Positions 21,461 through 33,005 of a DNA stretch of 64,000 bases are shown here, piece after piece (the stretch's first letter is position 1; the number at the start of each line of letters is the position of its first letter). This DNA is from Negaprion brevirostris (lineage: Eukaryota). The translations under genes and the position numbers were made by a program. Below the pieces are notes generated by a model. It did no database searches. It was given only the letters and a program-made list of their open reading frames with translations, and was not told the origin of the DNA. Where the stretch lies: NCBI GenBank assembly GCA_030324005.1, contig JARDVH010000099.1, positions 36,292,460 to 36,356,459 of the forward strand, given 5' to 3'.

Positions 21461-24400
21461 TGAAGTTCTATTGCATGACAAAAATGCCTGTCACTGATCT
21501 TTACTAGGCAGTACACTGCAAATCATGGGATTTACTGCTGGCATGTGCTATTCTGGAAGCATCATGGGTGGCAGGTGAAGATGCTGAATCTATTCAGACA
21601 CCCTGAAGTGGTTTAAAATGGTTCCTGTGGCCCTATGTAGAATAGGCTGATATCCAAAATGCACTAGGCTTTTCAGGGATCCTCTTTATGTACAGAATTC
21701 CCTTCTGTATGTAAATAGCCATGTTTATGATGGGCAGGCATCTGGAAAAAAACAGCCACAAGTTGTAACCCGATCTACCTGAGTTGTGGCCTATTTTACA
21801 GTTCTTCTGCTGTATTCTCCTTCAGGTAATGGTGGTAGTGGATGAGCTAAGCATTTTCAGACTGTGTATCTTCTTAATTGGACCTGAGCACTTTTACAGC
21901 AATATATATGAGCCCTTGTGAATCCCTACTCCCCTTTGGAGTGGACTAATAATCAGGTGCTTTACATATTTTTTTAATGAGCTGCCTATCTTGTTGCACA
22001 CCCCATGGCCCCAGCATTTAATTTCAGTCTGAACTTTATCTAATTTGCAGGGTCTTGATGGTCTCTTCAAAGTGTATGTGCTTCAATATATACCATATAA
22101 CATGTGGAATTAGGCCTCTTCATAATTCAAAGAGCCAGTTCAATCACAACACACACTCGTAATCAATTGCGACACCTGCTTTAGTTTAAATTTATTGCAG
22201 TTGCACTTAGCCATTTGCTGTTTTTGTGAATAGTAAAAAGAAATTGAAAAACTTAGTGACCTCAAATATCATGTGATTTTAGAAAAGAGTCTTGTATCAT
22301 TTTGTCTCATATCGAGCCAGGTAAGTCAGCACGGCGGTTAAATGTAATTGACACTGGTTGGCATGAATCTTGATCACTGAAATGTGGTTTTGGCAGTCCT
22401 CCCTGAGTTGGAAGGGTGTGTGTACTTTGTGACATATTATAATGCATTTAGAATATTTAACCAAATTGTCTGCTCTTTGAAATACTGTGAAATTCCTGAA
22501 ATGTCTTCTGAAATGAAGTTACCTCAGGCACAATTGATCATTTTCTGCTAGCACTGGGCTACAACTATCAGAGTGTTTCCTGTTTGGGAGATGGCTATAT
22601 GTAAACTGGCTCTTGGATAGTTGTATAAATTAGACATGTCAAGAATTGTAAGAAGTGGGGAGGGGGTAAGGCAGCTATAAATGGTTTTAACAGAATGAAG
22701 ATGCCATGGGAGATTATTTAAAATTCTTGCTGTGTACAGCTGCATCCTCATCTCTGAATAAGAAGTGAGATTACTTTGCTCTGTTCTATGACATTCACGT
22801 CTTTGCTCAATTAGGACCCAAGTACAAAATCCTCCCACCCAGAATTGTCAGTTAACTTTTCAGCTTAAATGTAGTGAAAGTGGGCAATGAGTTTTTTTCA
22901 TATAAAGGTGTAACCAATTCCATTTTAATCAGTGACAAACTATATACTACTTTTGATGAGAACTTCCTCAAAATGCTCAAAAATGAGGTTTAAAATGAAA
23001 TTTTTGTTACTGTAAAGCAGTAGTCAAATAATTGTGTTTTGTAAATATGTGACAGAAAGATGCAATTCAGCTTGCAATGGCATACTTGAGCAAAACTGTT
23101 ACTTGCACATGATGTCATCACAATGGGCAACAATTTGCCTTTTACAAAGTGACAATAGCCATCTCATACCACTGCCATTAGTGAAACCTCTAGAAATCAG
23201 AGACTCACAAATATTTACTGCCCCTGTTAAATCTGTAAAAAATAAAGTTTAGAATGATTGTTCCATTTGTCTGGGCAGAATTTCTATTTAATTGTGATAA
23301 AATGCTTGTCTGAGCCAAAGAGGGCCAGTTGTTTGACGAGGACTGTTGCTGTATATTTTTAAGCACGAACAAGGTTAAATTTAGCTCTTGAGAAGAGGAA
23401 GATGCGAGGAAATGACTACCACCTTTTAGACGCTAATTAATAAAAACAGCATTTAGGAAGCCGTAGTCGCTTAATAGAAAGAAGCTGTATTTGAATAACT
23501 ATGAAGTGTGATTGCGTGCACAATTTTCACTGCTGATAGTAAAATAAATGAAATGTTATTGCACACAGTTACCAATCACCACCATTCAATTTGTGAGTTT
23601 GCCATTTACAGGAAAGCTACGCTTCAAAACTGGCTTTGAACTATCTTTTAAAAATGTATCATTTTTAAAGNNNNNNNNNNNNNNNNNNNNNNNNNNNNNN
23701 NNNNNNNNNNNNNNNNNNNNNNNNNNNNNNNNNNNNNNNNNNNNNNNNATATCCATATATAAGACCAGCTTCCATGTTTTCAGTGTATGAGTATACACAG
23801 GCACAAAGTAAGATTATTTTGCTGTGACCTAATAGATGGTATAGCTTTGTGCTGAGGATATTTTGCAAAATGCAAGTTGAATTATTTTCCTTTCCCCCTC
23901 CCTCCCTCCACCTCTCCAACCAATAGTTCCACACTTATTGTGTACTGAAAACAAATGGCAATAACTGAATCCTATGTATTTTCAAATGGTCTGCTGGCTG
24001 TGGCCACTGTAAGGGACATTATTTCACTCTGGGCATTTGCTAACATTGATCTACCCTTAATTTTTCTTTCACCTTTTTCCCTCTTCATTTTTAGAAAGTG
24101 ATTTAGAGAATAGTATTAGTGCTAAAATCTATTTCTTTCCTTGGAACTTTCTGGACTGCCATGCAAATCGCAATTTTTGTTGGGGTTGGTTAGCACTGCC
24201 AAATGGATTTGATGAGAATGTTGCCTGGAGGCTCTGTGATGACATTGACACAGTAGAATTCAGTCCAAAATTTTGCTTCATTATATATAATACGTTTTAC
24301 ATTTCTTTAGTACTGCAGTATTAACAAAACTGATATGTTGTATTTACTGTGGTAAGCAGTTGTGTTAAAGATCTGTTAAGGCATGATGTAACTGGGAATT

Positions 24401-24639
24401 CCTCCAAGGATCCCTGACACTGCTTCAGGCAGATATATTCTTTTACAAATGCACCTTTTAGCCAAGCCTCTGAACGCTGACCAGTCAATTGTGAAACTTT
24501 GTGGTTTAATTTTGCAACAAAATAAACCCATTCAGTAAGAGTGATTTGCTATAAAGGAGATGCATGAACAAGTGTTAAGTTTAGTTCTTTTAGTCTTTTA
24601 CTTTTTAGTTGCTAACTCGCCTATTTGACTCCACAACCA

Positions 24640-25010
24640 CTGACAGCTCCCTAGTACCTCAAGCATGCAGCTGTCTTTCATATTCAGTCCTAGATAGTGA
24701 GAGCCAGCAAGATATTTGGCTATGAAGGGCAATTGACCTTGAACTTAGCCTCACAGAATCATAAAAAATTTTCTAGCAGGCGTTACTGGCTAACAATTAA
24801 CAATGAGAATCCTGACCTTGCCCCCCACCCTGACCACCACCACCACCTCAAGCACCCCTTCCCACCTCTTCTCTTCCAGTCCATGTGACTGAAAGTGTAG
24901 AGTTTCCAGCAAATTTATCAAAAATCAGGGATCAAACTAAGGAACTGGAAAGTCTATATGGTTAAGCATCTCACAATGCAGTGCATTTATTTACTAAGCC
25001 ATTCAGGCAG
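24640..25010 (-). mobile_element. Ancient degenerate SINE-like repeat
   Basis: Collinear with 4850-5225, ending in a tRNA-like head remnant (CAGGGATCAAAC...TACTAAGCCAT). Confidence 0.55.
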
Positions 25011-25944
25011 TAAAAGTTCAATGTTAATGCTGGCTTTTGAAATAATCTGGAATAATTGATAGAGAGAGAACACTTAATGAGGGTGCTTCTTCGATGATGA
25101 CTGTCGCTCGTTTATTTGTCAATTCCCAACACTGCAATAGTAATGGCGGGATAAAAGCAACAATGACGTTGCCACAGGGGTTTTCCGATTACCAGTAAGA
25201 GGCTTCTAATATAACTTTAAAGTGCCTTGTACCTTTTTGTATCAGACTGCTGTTGCCTTGTACTCTGTAGTGTCTATTTTTGTAGAAGAAAATTGCTCAG
25301 GGGGTGAATCCCTGGGGCTTTGCACAGCAGTGCATACCTTTTTAATTAATTTGACGTGTTTGTGGAAACCATCATTGGTGTTTAATATTTAACCCATTGA
25401 ATACCATTGCGTTACTTATTTTTTCAGTCCTTAAAGAAGTGACAAAGTTTTTGGTAAATTAAAGTGTTCGATTAATAGAGCACAATAATTGGACTTTGAA
25501 ACTCAGCTCTTAGAATGGTGTTTTTAAAGTTTAAAGGAGTTTTTAAATGATCTCTTTTTGGAAAGTTACTTGGACAACTCAATATTTGATAAGTTATTAT
25601 GGAGCAACACAGTTAAATGTAATTGTTTTTCAGCGAAAGTTGGACACTTCTGCTGGTGCTCCAGACCAAATGAAAGCTTTCAGCAGACTGTACTGAACTC
25701 GGACCACATTAATACCACTTAACCATCACTGGTTGGTGCAAAAAAAGCTGCATGTTATTTTCCAAAAAGCATAAAAGGTGTTGCTATGGGCGACTGCAAT
25801 AGGTGAAATGTTCTTTATTCCTGTCCTACTCGGGTCCCCTCTCTCACCCCTTTTTCTAATATATTAATGACTGTATCAGTCCAGTTTCAGAGTCAATTTT
25901 CTTGGTTTGAATTGGATCAAAAGTTTGACAGTTAACTGTTCCCT

Positions 25945-26120
25945 GGTGCATTCTCCATGCTAACTTTTCCACCAATCAGTGTCCACTTGTCAGTGAACTA
26001 GCACCCTCTTATAAATTTTTGTTCCTTTTGAGATTTGGCATTCTTGCAAATCTGTACTGGTGAGTGCAAGATGAAAAATTTCAACAACATGTCTCTTTTC
26101 AGCAATTCTGAAGTTCTGTA
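25945..26120 (+). mobile_element. Fold-back element family 1, copy C (interior plus right arm only)
   Basis: Interior GGTGCATTCTCCATG...ACCAATCAG, then ATTCTTGCAAATCTGTACTGGTGAGTGCAAGATGAAAAATTTCAACAACATGTCTCTTTTCAGCAATTCT, which is homologous to the arms of copies A and B. Confidence 0.85.
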
Positions 26121-26884
26121 CAATAAAGTGACTGAGGTTTTATGTTTGAAACCAGAGTATGGCATCAGACCCAGAACTCAAAAACAATTTGCTCATGGGC
26201 TGCATTCCCTCTGAGGGAGGAAACAGAGGACTTATGGGGGTCGTTTATTGGATTTTTCATTCCCTTGACTGTGATAGAGACAAGTTATTTTTCCAAATAA
26301 GTGGAGATAGGCTCTTGAAGTGAGTGGACTAACCAGAGGTCTTCCAGCTTGAGTGGAGCAATAGGCTGCAGAGGAAATTATGTAACAGAGAGGGTGTTTC
26401 AACATGGAGATACCATTCTGCCTTAAAGACAGATGATGCAGCTTAGCCACCACTGCTAGAGAATCTCTCTAGTTGGTGGCATCTACTTCTTTTGCACCAA
26501 AGCAGGCTGCGAGGACCTCTTGGGCTGCCTGAAACTGGCCTGGTGTGCTTGCTCTAGGGACCAAAATTGCAGCAGATTGGAAAGTACCAGTTAGCCCTCT
26601 TTAATTGGACTAGAGGCACCACAAAGCCTGATTTGGTACCACGGTTCTACCTCTGCAAGAAACTGGCACACTGGCTGGCGTGGATCATTTTCAAGCCTAT
26701 CTGCTTCCGTCCCTGCCCTTGATGGAGGGTAGGGGGAGGAGCGAATGCAATATCTTTTTTCACATGTTTGCAGTTGTGTAAATCTGACCATTTGAAAGAA
26801 TAGCCTTTCGCACCTAAATTTTTTACTTAAATTCATAGCTGAGGTATTTTTTAAGTGATGAATATTTATTTTATTATATAGTTA

Positions 26885-27090
26885 TTGTCAAATGGAATGC
26901 CATGCCTGAATGGTTGGGAAAAATAGATTCAATAGCAACTTGCAAAAGGAAGGTGAATAAGTACTTGAAAAGTAAAAAGCAAAATTTGCAAAGCTACAGG
27001 GTAAGCATAGGGAAGTGTAACTGGCTAGCTCTTGAAATGAACTGGCAAAGTTATGTTTGGCCGCCTTTTGCCTGTCAAAATCTATACTTT
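26885..27090 (+). mobile_element. Decayed CR1 3' UTR
   Basis: TGGAATGC...GATTCAATAGCAACTTGCAAAAGGAAGGTGAATAAGTACTTGAAAAG is homologous to 32285-32550. Confidence 0.65.
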
Positions 27091-27993
27091 TTGTGAGAAG
27101 GTCTGGGTGAATTTCTCTTATTTGTCTATTAGAATGTTATTTCATAAAATATTGAAATAAAGTAGTGAAATGGCTGGAAGCAGCTGAGTCTATTCCAGAT
27201 TTAAGGTCAGTTCTCACTCAGTTAGGATGTTATTTTCCGACTGATGATTCTGGACTGTCTGCCTCGTTGCACATAACTCCTTTGTTTTTCAGCCACTGAT
27301 TTAACAACTCTCTGAATTGAGGCAGTAATTGTAACCAATTCCATTCTATATGTTTAATACATTCTTAAATAGTTGATCAGTGTTCGCAATCTGTTAGGTT
27401 AATTAAATCCCAGTTATATCGGCTACTGTGGCTAATGCATATTAATCACTAAATTGTTCTAAGTACAGTAAAAGCAAGTGGATGATTAATGTATCATAAC
27501 AGGTAATTGATTAAAAATGCTCAGGCACTCATAAACAGCAGAAGTACAAACAGGTCCACGTAGGACATTTATGTTCTTTAATTTTATAGCTGAGCTCTTG
27601 TGTGACTTGAGTGCTATTGCTGGATATAATTCACACTTACCATTGCTGCAGAGATCCTCTTTTTTCATTCATGTTGTATTGATCTCTGTACATGCTTTCT
27701 CTTTCTGTACTGATTGTGCTTGTGATTGGTCCCTTTTTATAATTTCCAATGTTATTTCCAAACATTTAAAACACACAGTCATAGACGTTGCATTTCTTAC
27801 CACACTCCCCTCCTGTAAGTGGAGGAAAGTGTTAGAACCCTCAGATATGTGAAATATTTCTGCTGGGTGCTACTGTGGATTTTCTCTTTACCTCTCATCA
27901 TGTTGGTGATTCTAGAGCCTGAATCAGCCTTTCCTTGATCATGACCACTTGCAGGGTTTCTTACTGGAATGTTGGCAGATATAAAACACCATA

Positions 27994-28289
27994 CAGCGGA
28001 TTTTCTGCCACTGCTCCCATAGCAGTGGTGAGCACTAACATTGGCAACATATTACTTGGCTCCAGCATTGATGAAGCACTCTTTAAAAAAAAAATAAAAT
28101 TGCTCCACCATGACTGTTGGAATCGATTGCAGGGTGATCATCTCATTTTGCCTCAGCAGTATAAGTTTTGAAAGGCTGTTCTCTTTTTGCACTGCCCCAC
28201 AAGCAGTTGGTTCTGCTTTGCTCCACCAACACAGATGCCTGAGATCTATTGCTGCCATTTTTCACTTTGCCAAGATGGAAAAAATTGCC
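27994..28289. mobile_element. Harbinger-like MITE remnant
   Basis: Ends CAGCGGATTTTC ... GGAAAAAATTGCC resemble the TIRs of the other MITEs. Confidence 0.45.
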
Positions 28290-28929
28290 ACAATTTAAGT
28301 GAAGAAACTATAGCTAAGTAAAATCTGGGGCTAGTAGCCATTGATGTAGAGAATGTTTCTGTTTGTCTTTGCTATCTAAAATTTTGTGCAGGATCTTTCT
28401 GATTTGGGTTAATGTGGACTGTTACACTTTCTGGCAGGTATAGTCTTGTGACCGCTAATGGTCAGAAAATAAAGCCTTGCCTTACTTGTCATCTTTGAGA
28501 ACGAAACAGTCAAAAGTACATAAAGTTTTTTTTCTTTGATATAATTGGTAACTTTTTATGACTAAACAATTACATTATACCAACATTGCTGCCACAGAAG
28601 CCCTGTTCATTCTAGCTATTGTTGAAGTAAATTACAAAAATACCTACTTTGGTTCATTGTTCTTATTTAACTTCATGAAATAATTTTAAGATTGCAATTA
28701 GAATGTTAAAGTAAATTTACTGGGTTTTCCTTTGGTCTTGTTTTATTTTCCAGGTCTATATTTTCTCCCAAATAAGAAATCCATAATTTACTTTATTATA
28801 CTTTTGCCTTATTTACAAAATCAAAAAAGGGCAATATGTGTATGTTTTTAGGTGATGTACCCCCCCATTGCAAAATAAATTGTAATTAAATCAGATTTTA
28901 AAAAACTTCAAAAAATAACTTGAGTGGTG

Positions 28930-29330
28930 AAGTCATGTCTGTGAGGGGCCAGGAGGGAGTGAAAGAAGCAACCAGTGAAGTCTGGGGCTAGAGTGGAACC
29001 TGAAGCTGAAGCCAGAAGAACATCTGGTGGGAAAGCAGCAGGAGGGGACTTTATATTGAGTGGCAAGAGTTGAGCTTAGAGGGAGAATGTGAGCAATTTA
29101 AGTTGAACTTTTAAATAAAGTAAATGGACTTGGTAGCAGCAGGCAATCGTGTAGTGATTAAGAACTGGATTTTCACTACAGTAGAAAGCACCTTTCCCTT
29201 GTGTTGAAAATGGTGGACAAGCCCCAAGATTGAAACTCCTAACTCCTAACATGGTGTATTCTATTTTCCCAGGAATGGGAATGATATTTAGCCATGGTTT
29301 GTGTATGCACAGTTTACAGAGACAGCTAGC
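28930..29330 (-). mobile_element. Decayed L2-like LINE fragment
   Basis: Purine-rich + strand (GTGAGGGGCCAGGAGGGAGTG...GAGTTGAGCTTAG) typical of antisense L2 ORF2 fossils. Weak evidence. Confidence 0.35.
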
Positions 29331-29344
29331 CATTTAAGTCACCA

Positions 29345-30110
29345 GTTACCTCCACTGAAATGGGACTTTGGTAGGCCCACAGTGCGAAATCTGGGACTCT
29401 GTGGATGAGACAAGATGATGGTCGAAGCCTGATGGACTTGTTTGGATAGCTAGGATGGTACTATTTTAGAGAGCTAAAGTACCGTTTTGGAACTGGTCCC
29501 ATGACACCATTAATAAAGGTCAGGTGCCCTCTCGGATAGATCAAGTGCCCTTTAGAATTGTTGGAAGTCAGCATAAATGTACATAAATTCATTACAGTCA
29601 AGCTAATTGGAACTATCAATGGCCTTGTCACAATCAACTGTCAAAACAGTGAGGAGAACCTTCAGGAACTGTCAAGTGGAGCTGTCAATAGCATCTACCA
29701 AAGGGAGATGTCAAATTGTTAAGGCATTTAAAATACCCACCCTTTAATTATTTTGTGGAAAATATGTCTGATGTATTTAAAAGATGCTTTGGGTGCAAGG
29801 GCATAGGTTGGCATGGATAGTCTGGCAGTAGATAAAGGGGCATAAATTGACATGGAAGGTATAGGGGGTTCGCTGAAGGTTTTTTTTGCGTTTTTCTTTC
29901 AATCTTTCACTTGGTGCCAATGCACAGAGGCATTGGCTGTGCATTTAGAAGTCTCCACGTTCATTTCAGGGGCAGCAGGTTTGACTTCAAATTCAACCCA
30001 TCCCTTACCGGAATGAAATTCCCAATACCCACATTTTCATGGGATGAGTTTGCGGAGCTGAGAAATGTGCCCGGTCTGCAAACCTGACCCAGGAGCCAAA
30101 ATCTGCATCA
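29345..30110. mobile_element. Decayed Harbinger-like non-autonomous element
   Basis: Has a GGCATAGGTTGGCATGG block and a terminal CCTGACCCAGGAGCCAAAATCTG, resembling 6470-7350. Confidence 0.4.
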
Positions 30111-30447
30111 AGACCAGGATGTCGTATGGAAAGATGGGGAGATGCAAGATCTGGGTTGTGTATTGTCTCTTGAGGGGTTATAGTTTGGTTGCAGGCTTAC
30201 TTCATAGTACAATTGCACACATTTAGTAGATGACATGATAGAAGATGGACAATGATGGCTTATGAGATTGTTTGACTTGGATTTTTGTGTCCCAGTTGAC
30301 CAGTTAGGTTCACAGATACAAAATGAAGGATTTATAAATGTTCAGGAGGCTTGACAAGGCCATTTGTGTGGACTGATGGCAGTTACTGAGCAATTCAAGT
30401 ACTTCTTGCAGCTAAGTGATTTCTTGTGTCATTGTTTAGTGGTAGAT

Positions 30448-30825
30448 GGTGGCATAGTGGTAATGTCATTGGACTGGTAATCCAGAGGGCAGCCTAATGC
30501 TCTGGGAATACGAGTTGCAATCCCACCACAGCAGCTGGTTGAATTTAAATTCATTTAATAAATCTGGAATTGAAAGCTACTATCAGTAATGGTGATCATG
30601 AAACCATCATCGATTGTTGTAAAGACCCAGCTACTCGCTCATGTCCTTTGAGGAAGGAATGCTGCTGTCCTTTTGTGGTCTGGCTTACTTGTGACTCAGG
30701 ATAACATAGCAATGTGGGTTGACTCTTAACTGAAATGGCCTAGCAAGCCGTTCAGTTCAAGGGCAGTTAGGAATGGGCAACTAATGCTGGTTTGCCAATG
30801 ACGTCCACATCCCATGAAAGAATTT
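30448..30825 (+). mobile_element. tRNA-derived SINE, second family
   Basis: Head GGTGGCATAGTGGTAATGTCATTGGACTGGTAATCCAGAG...GAGTTGCAATCCCACC (A and B boxes). A reverse copy is at 37758-38315. Confidence 0.85.
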
Positions 30826-30947
30826 TTTAAAATTATGACACTTACATCTGGGNNNNNNNNNNNNNNNNNNNNNNNNNNNNNNNNNNNNNNNNNNNNNNNN
30901 NNNNNNNNNNNNNNNNNNNNNNNNNNNNNNNNNNNNNNNNNNNNNNN

Positions 30948-31020
30948 AATGGCGGGGCAGGCTCGAAGGGCTGGATGGCCTACTCCTGCTCCTATTTCTT
31001 ATGTTCTTATGTTCTTATGA
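30948..31020 (+). mobile_element. CR1 3' terminus with (TTCTTATG)n tail
   Basis: GGCTCGAAGGGCTGGATGGCCTACTCCTGCTCCTATTTCTTATGTTCTTATGTTCTTATG. Confidence 0.9.
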
Positions 31021-32284
31021 ATCTGAGGTGGAACTGGCTCTGTTGGATCTCTGCCCGTTTCTGCCAATCATGTAAAATTCTGACAGCAGTGGGGGATCTG
31101 ATCCTTCTGTTACGTCAGTGAAAAGTGGTGGGGCAAGTGGGATAATGTGTCCTACTAGAAATCCCATCAGTTCCACAAATCTGGAGGGCAGTTTAAAGTC
31201 CCCTTACAGGACAGGCACATTGCATATGACGACGCATAAATAACAGATTGAGAAATTACTATCCTATTCATTGAAATAAATAGATCTCATTTTAAATTAG
31301 TTTACACGCTGAAATGGACCTGCGTTTTCCTAATGCTTTGACAATCATTCCTACTTTCAGGTGAAGCTGAATGCCCCACACTCTGCTCACAGCTTTCCCA
31401 CTGAATGCTGACCATCCAATTGCTTGTTTAGGTCATTAATGGAAAAGTCGCCTTTTTCCTCAACAAAGCAGCAACTTTTATGTGAAGATTTTCTGCTGCT
31501 GTGGTGAGATTTGAACTTATTTTCTACAAATCCAATATATAATTATTACACTATCATTCCCCTATTGTGGGCCACTTGCAGGGTAAAGAGCTCCCAGCAA
31601 GTTGCCTCAATCCAAATAACATTTGTAAAATATAATTTTATATTTCCCTCCACCCATCCATGTAACCTTTCTGAATGCAGATACCAAATTATGGGCCCGT
31701 GCTATCAGAGAAAAAATATAACTCTATCAGGCTGGACAAGATTCAAATCTAGATCCCAAAAGTGTGAAGCTTGTTGTAACTCACTGTGCAGACAAGTCTC
31801 TGGANNNNNNNNNNNNNNNNNNNNNNNNNNNNNNNNNNNNNNNNNNNNNNNNNNNNNNNNNNNNNNNNNNNNNNNNNNNNNNNNNNNNNNNNNNNNNNNN
31901 NNNNNNNNNNNNNNNNNNNNNNNNNNNNNNNNNNNNNNNNNNNNNNNNNNNNNNNNNNNNNNNNNNNNNNNNNNNNNNNNNNNNNNNNNNNNNNNNNNNN
32001 NNNNNNNNNNNNNNNNNNNNNNNNNNNNNNNNNNNNNNNNNNNNNNNNNNNNNNTTAAAGGCAGTGTTCTAATGTTGGAGTTGAGCAGACGAATTGCATT
32101 GTTGCAGACGAGGTAAACAGGGTCTGTAATCTGTACAGTTTGCACTTGTATGCCATGATATTCATGTTGAATCAAGCCATGTTGAATAGACACGAAGCTT
32201 CCCCTGTGTAATGAGAATAGTGATAGATGTGTTGACAAATAAAATGGGTCTTGATAAGAGCATGTTAACGTTGGGAATGTTGTC

Positions 32285-32550
32285 TATATAATTGGCAGAA
32301 GAACCAGAGGGCGATGAGGGGGATTGTTTTTAATGATGAGTTATGATCTGGAATGCACTATATCAAAGAAGTGGTGGAAGCAGATTCAATAATAGCTTTT
32401 GAAAAGGAATTGGATATGTAATTGAAAAGGAAGTAAAATGTAGGACTGTGGGAAAAGAGAAGAGGAATGGGCCTATCTGAATAGCTCTTTCAAAGATTGG
32501 CACAGGCACAATGGGCTGAATGATCTTGTGTTCTTATGATTCTATAATCT
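32285..32550 (+). mobile_element. CR1 3' UTR fragment
   Basis: ATCTGGAATGCACT...GTGGTGGAAGCAGATTCAAT...ATGGGCTGAATG...TATGATTCTAT. Confidence 0.8.
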
Positions 32551-32749
32551 GCAAATAGCAATTTTTCTAGCTCCAAATCAACACCTAATTAGGAACCATT
32601 ACAGCAGTTTTTAGTAGCACCTGTTGCTGACTGGAAAGATTCCATCAGTTGATGGACAGCAAAACCATAAATGATCATTTTATTGTAAGGTGAGTAACTC
32701 CATTATGCAAACCATATGTTGTAGATTGGTGATCGTGGCCTTGAGAGTA

Positions 32750-33005
32750 GGGGATGGGATTTGTGATGATCAGCGGGGCAAGGAGCTACAGTGGTTGTGG
32801 ATGAGGTAGGGTTGAATCAGCTGTGACCTCATTGGAAAGTGTGGAACTGCAGTTTCTAAATAAGGGCGAGGTTGGGTTCAGTTGCTATCTGCTGGCATTA
32901 CTATCTGCACTCCCCTACTGGTGAATTATTGGAGGAACTGCCAGTGCCTGTGGAATTGTACTCTAGAACATCACTGGCATCAGGAGAGAACAGAAGAAAA
33001 TTAGA
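32750..33005 (+). mobile_element. Ancient degenerate SINE-like repeat (opposite orientation to the 1810 and 4850 copies)
   Basis: Ends ACTGCCAGTGCCTGTGGAATTGTAC...TCAGGAGAGAACAGAAGAAAATTAG, the reverse complement of the CTAATTTTCTT...CTCCT start of the 1810 copy. Confidence 0.45.
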
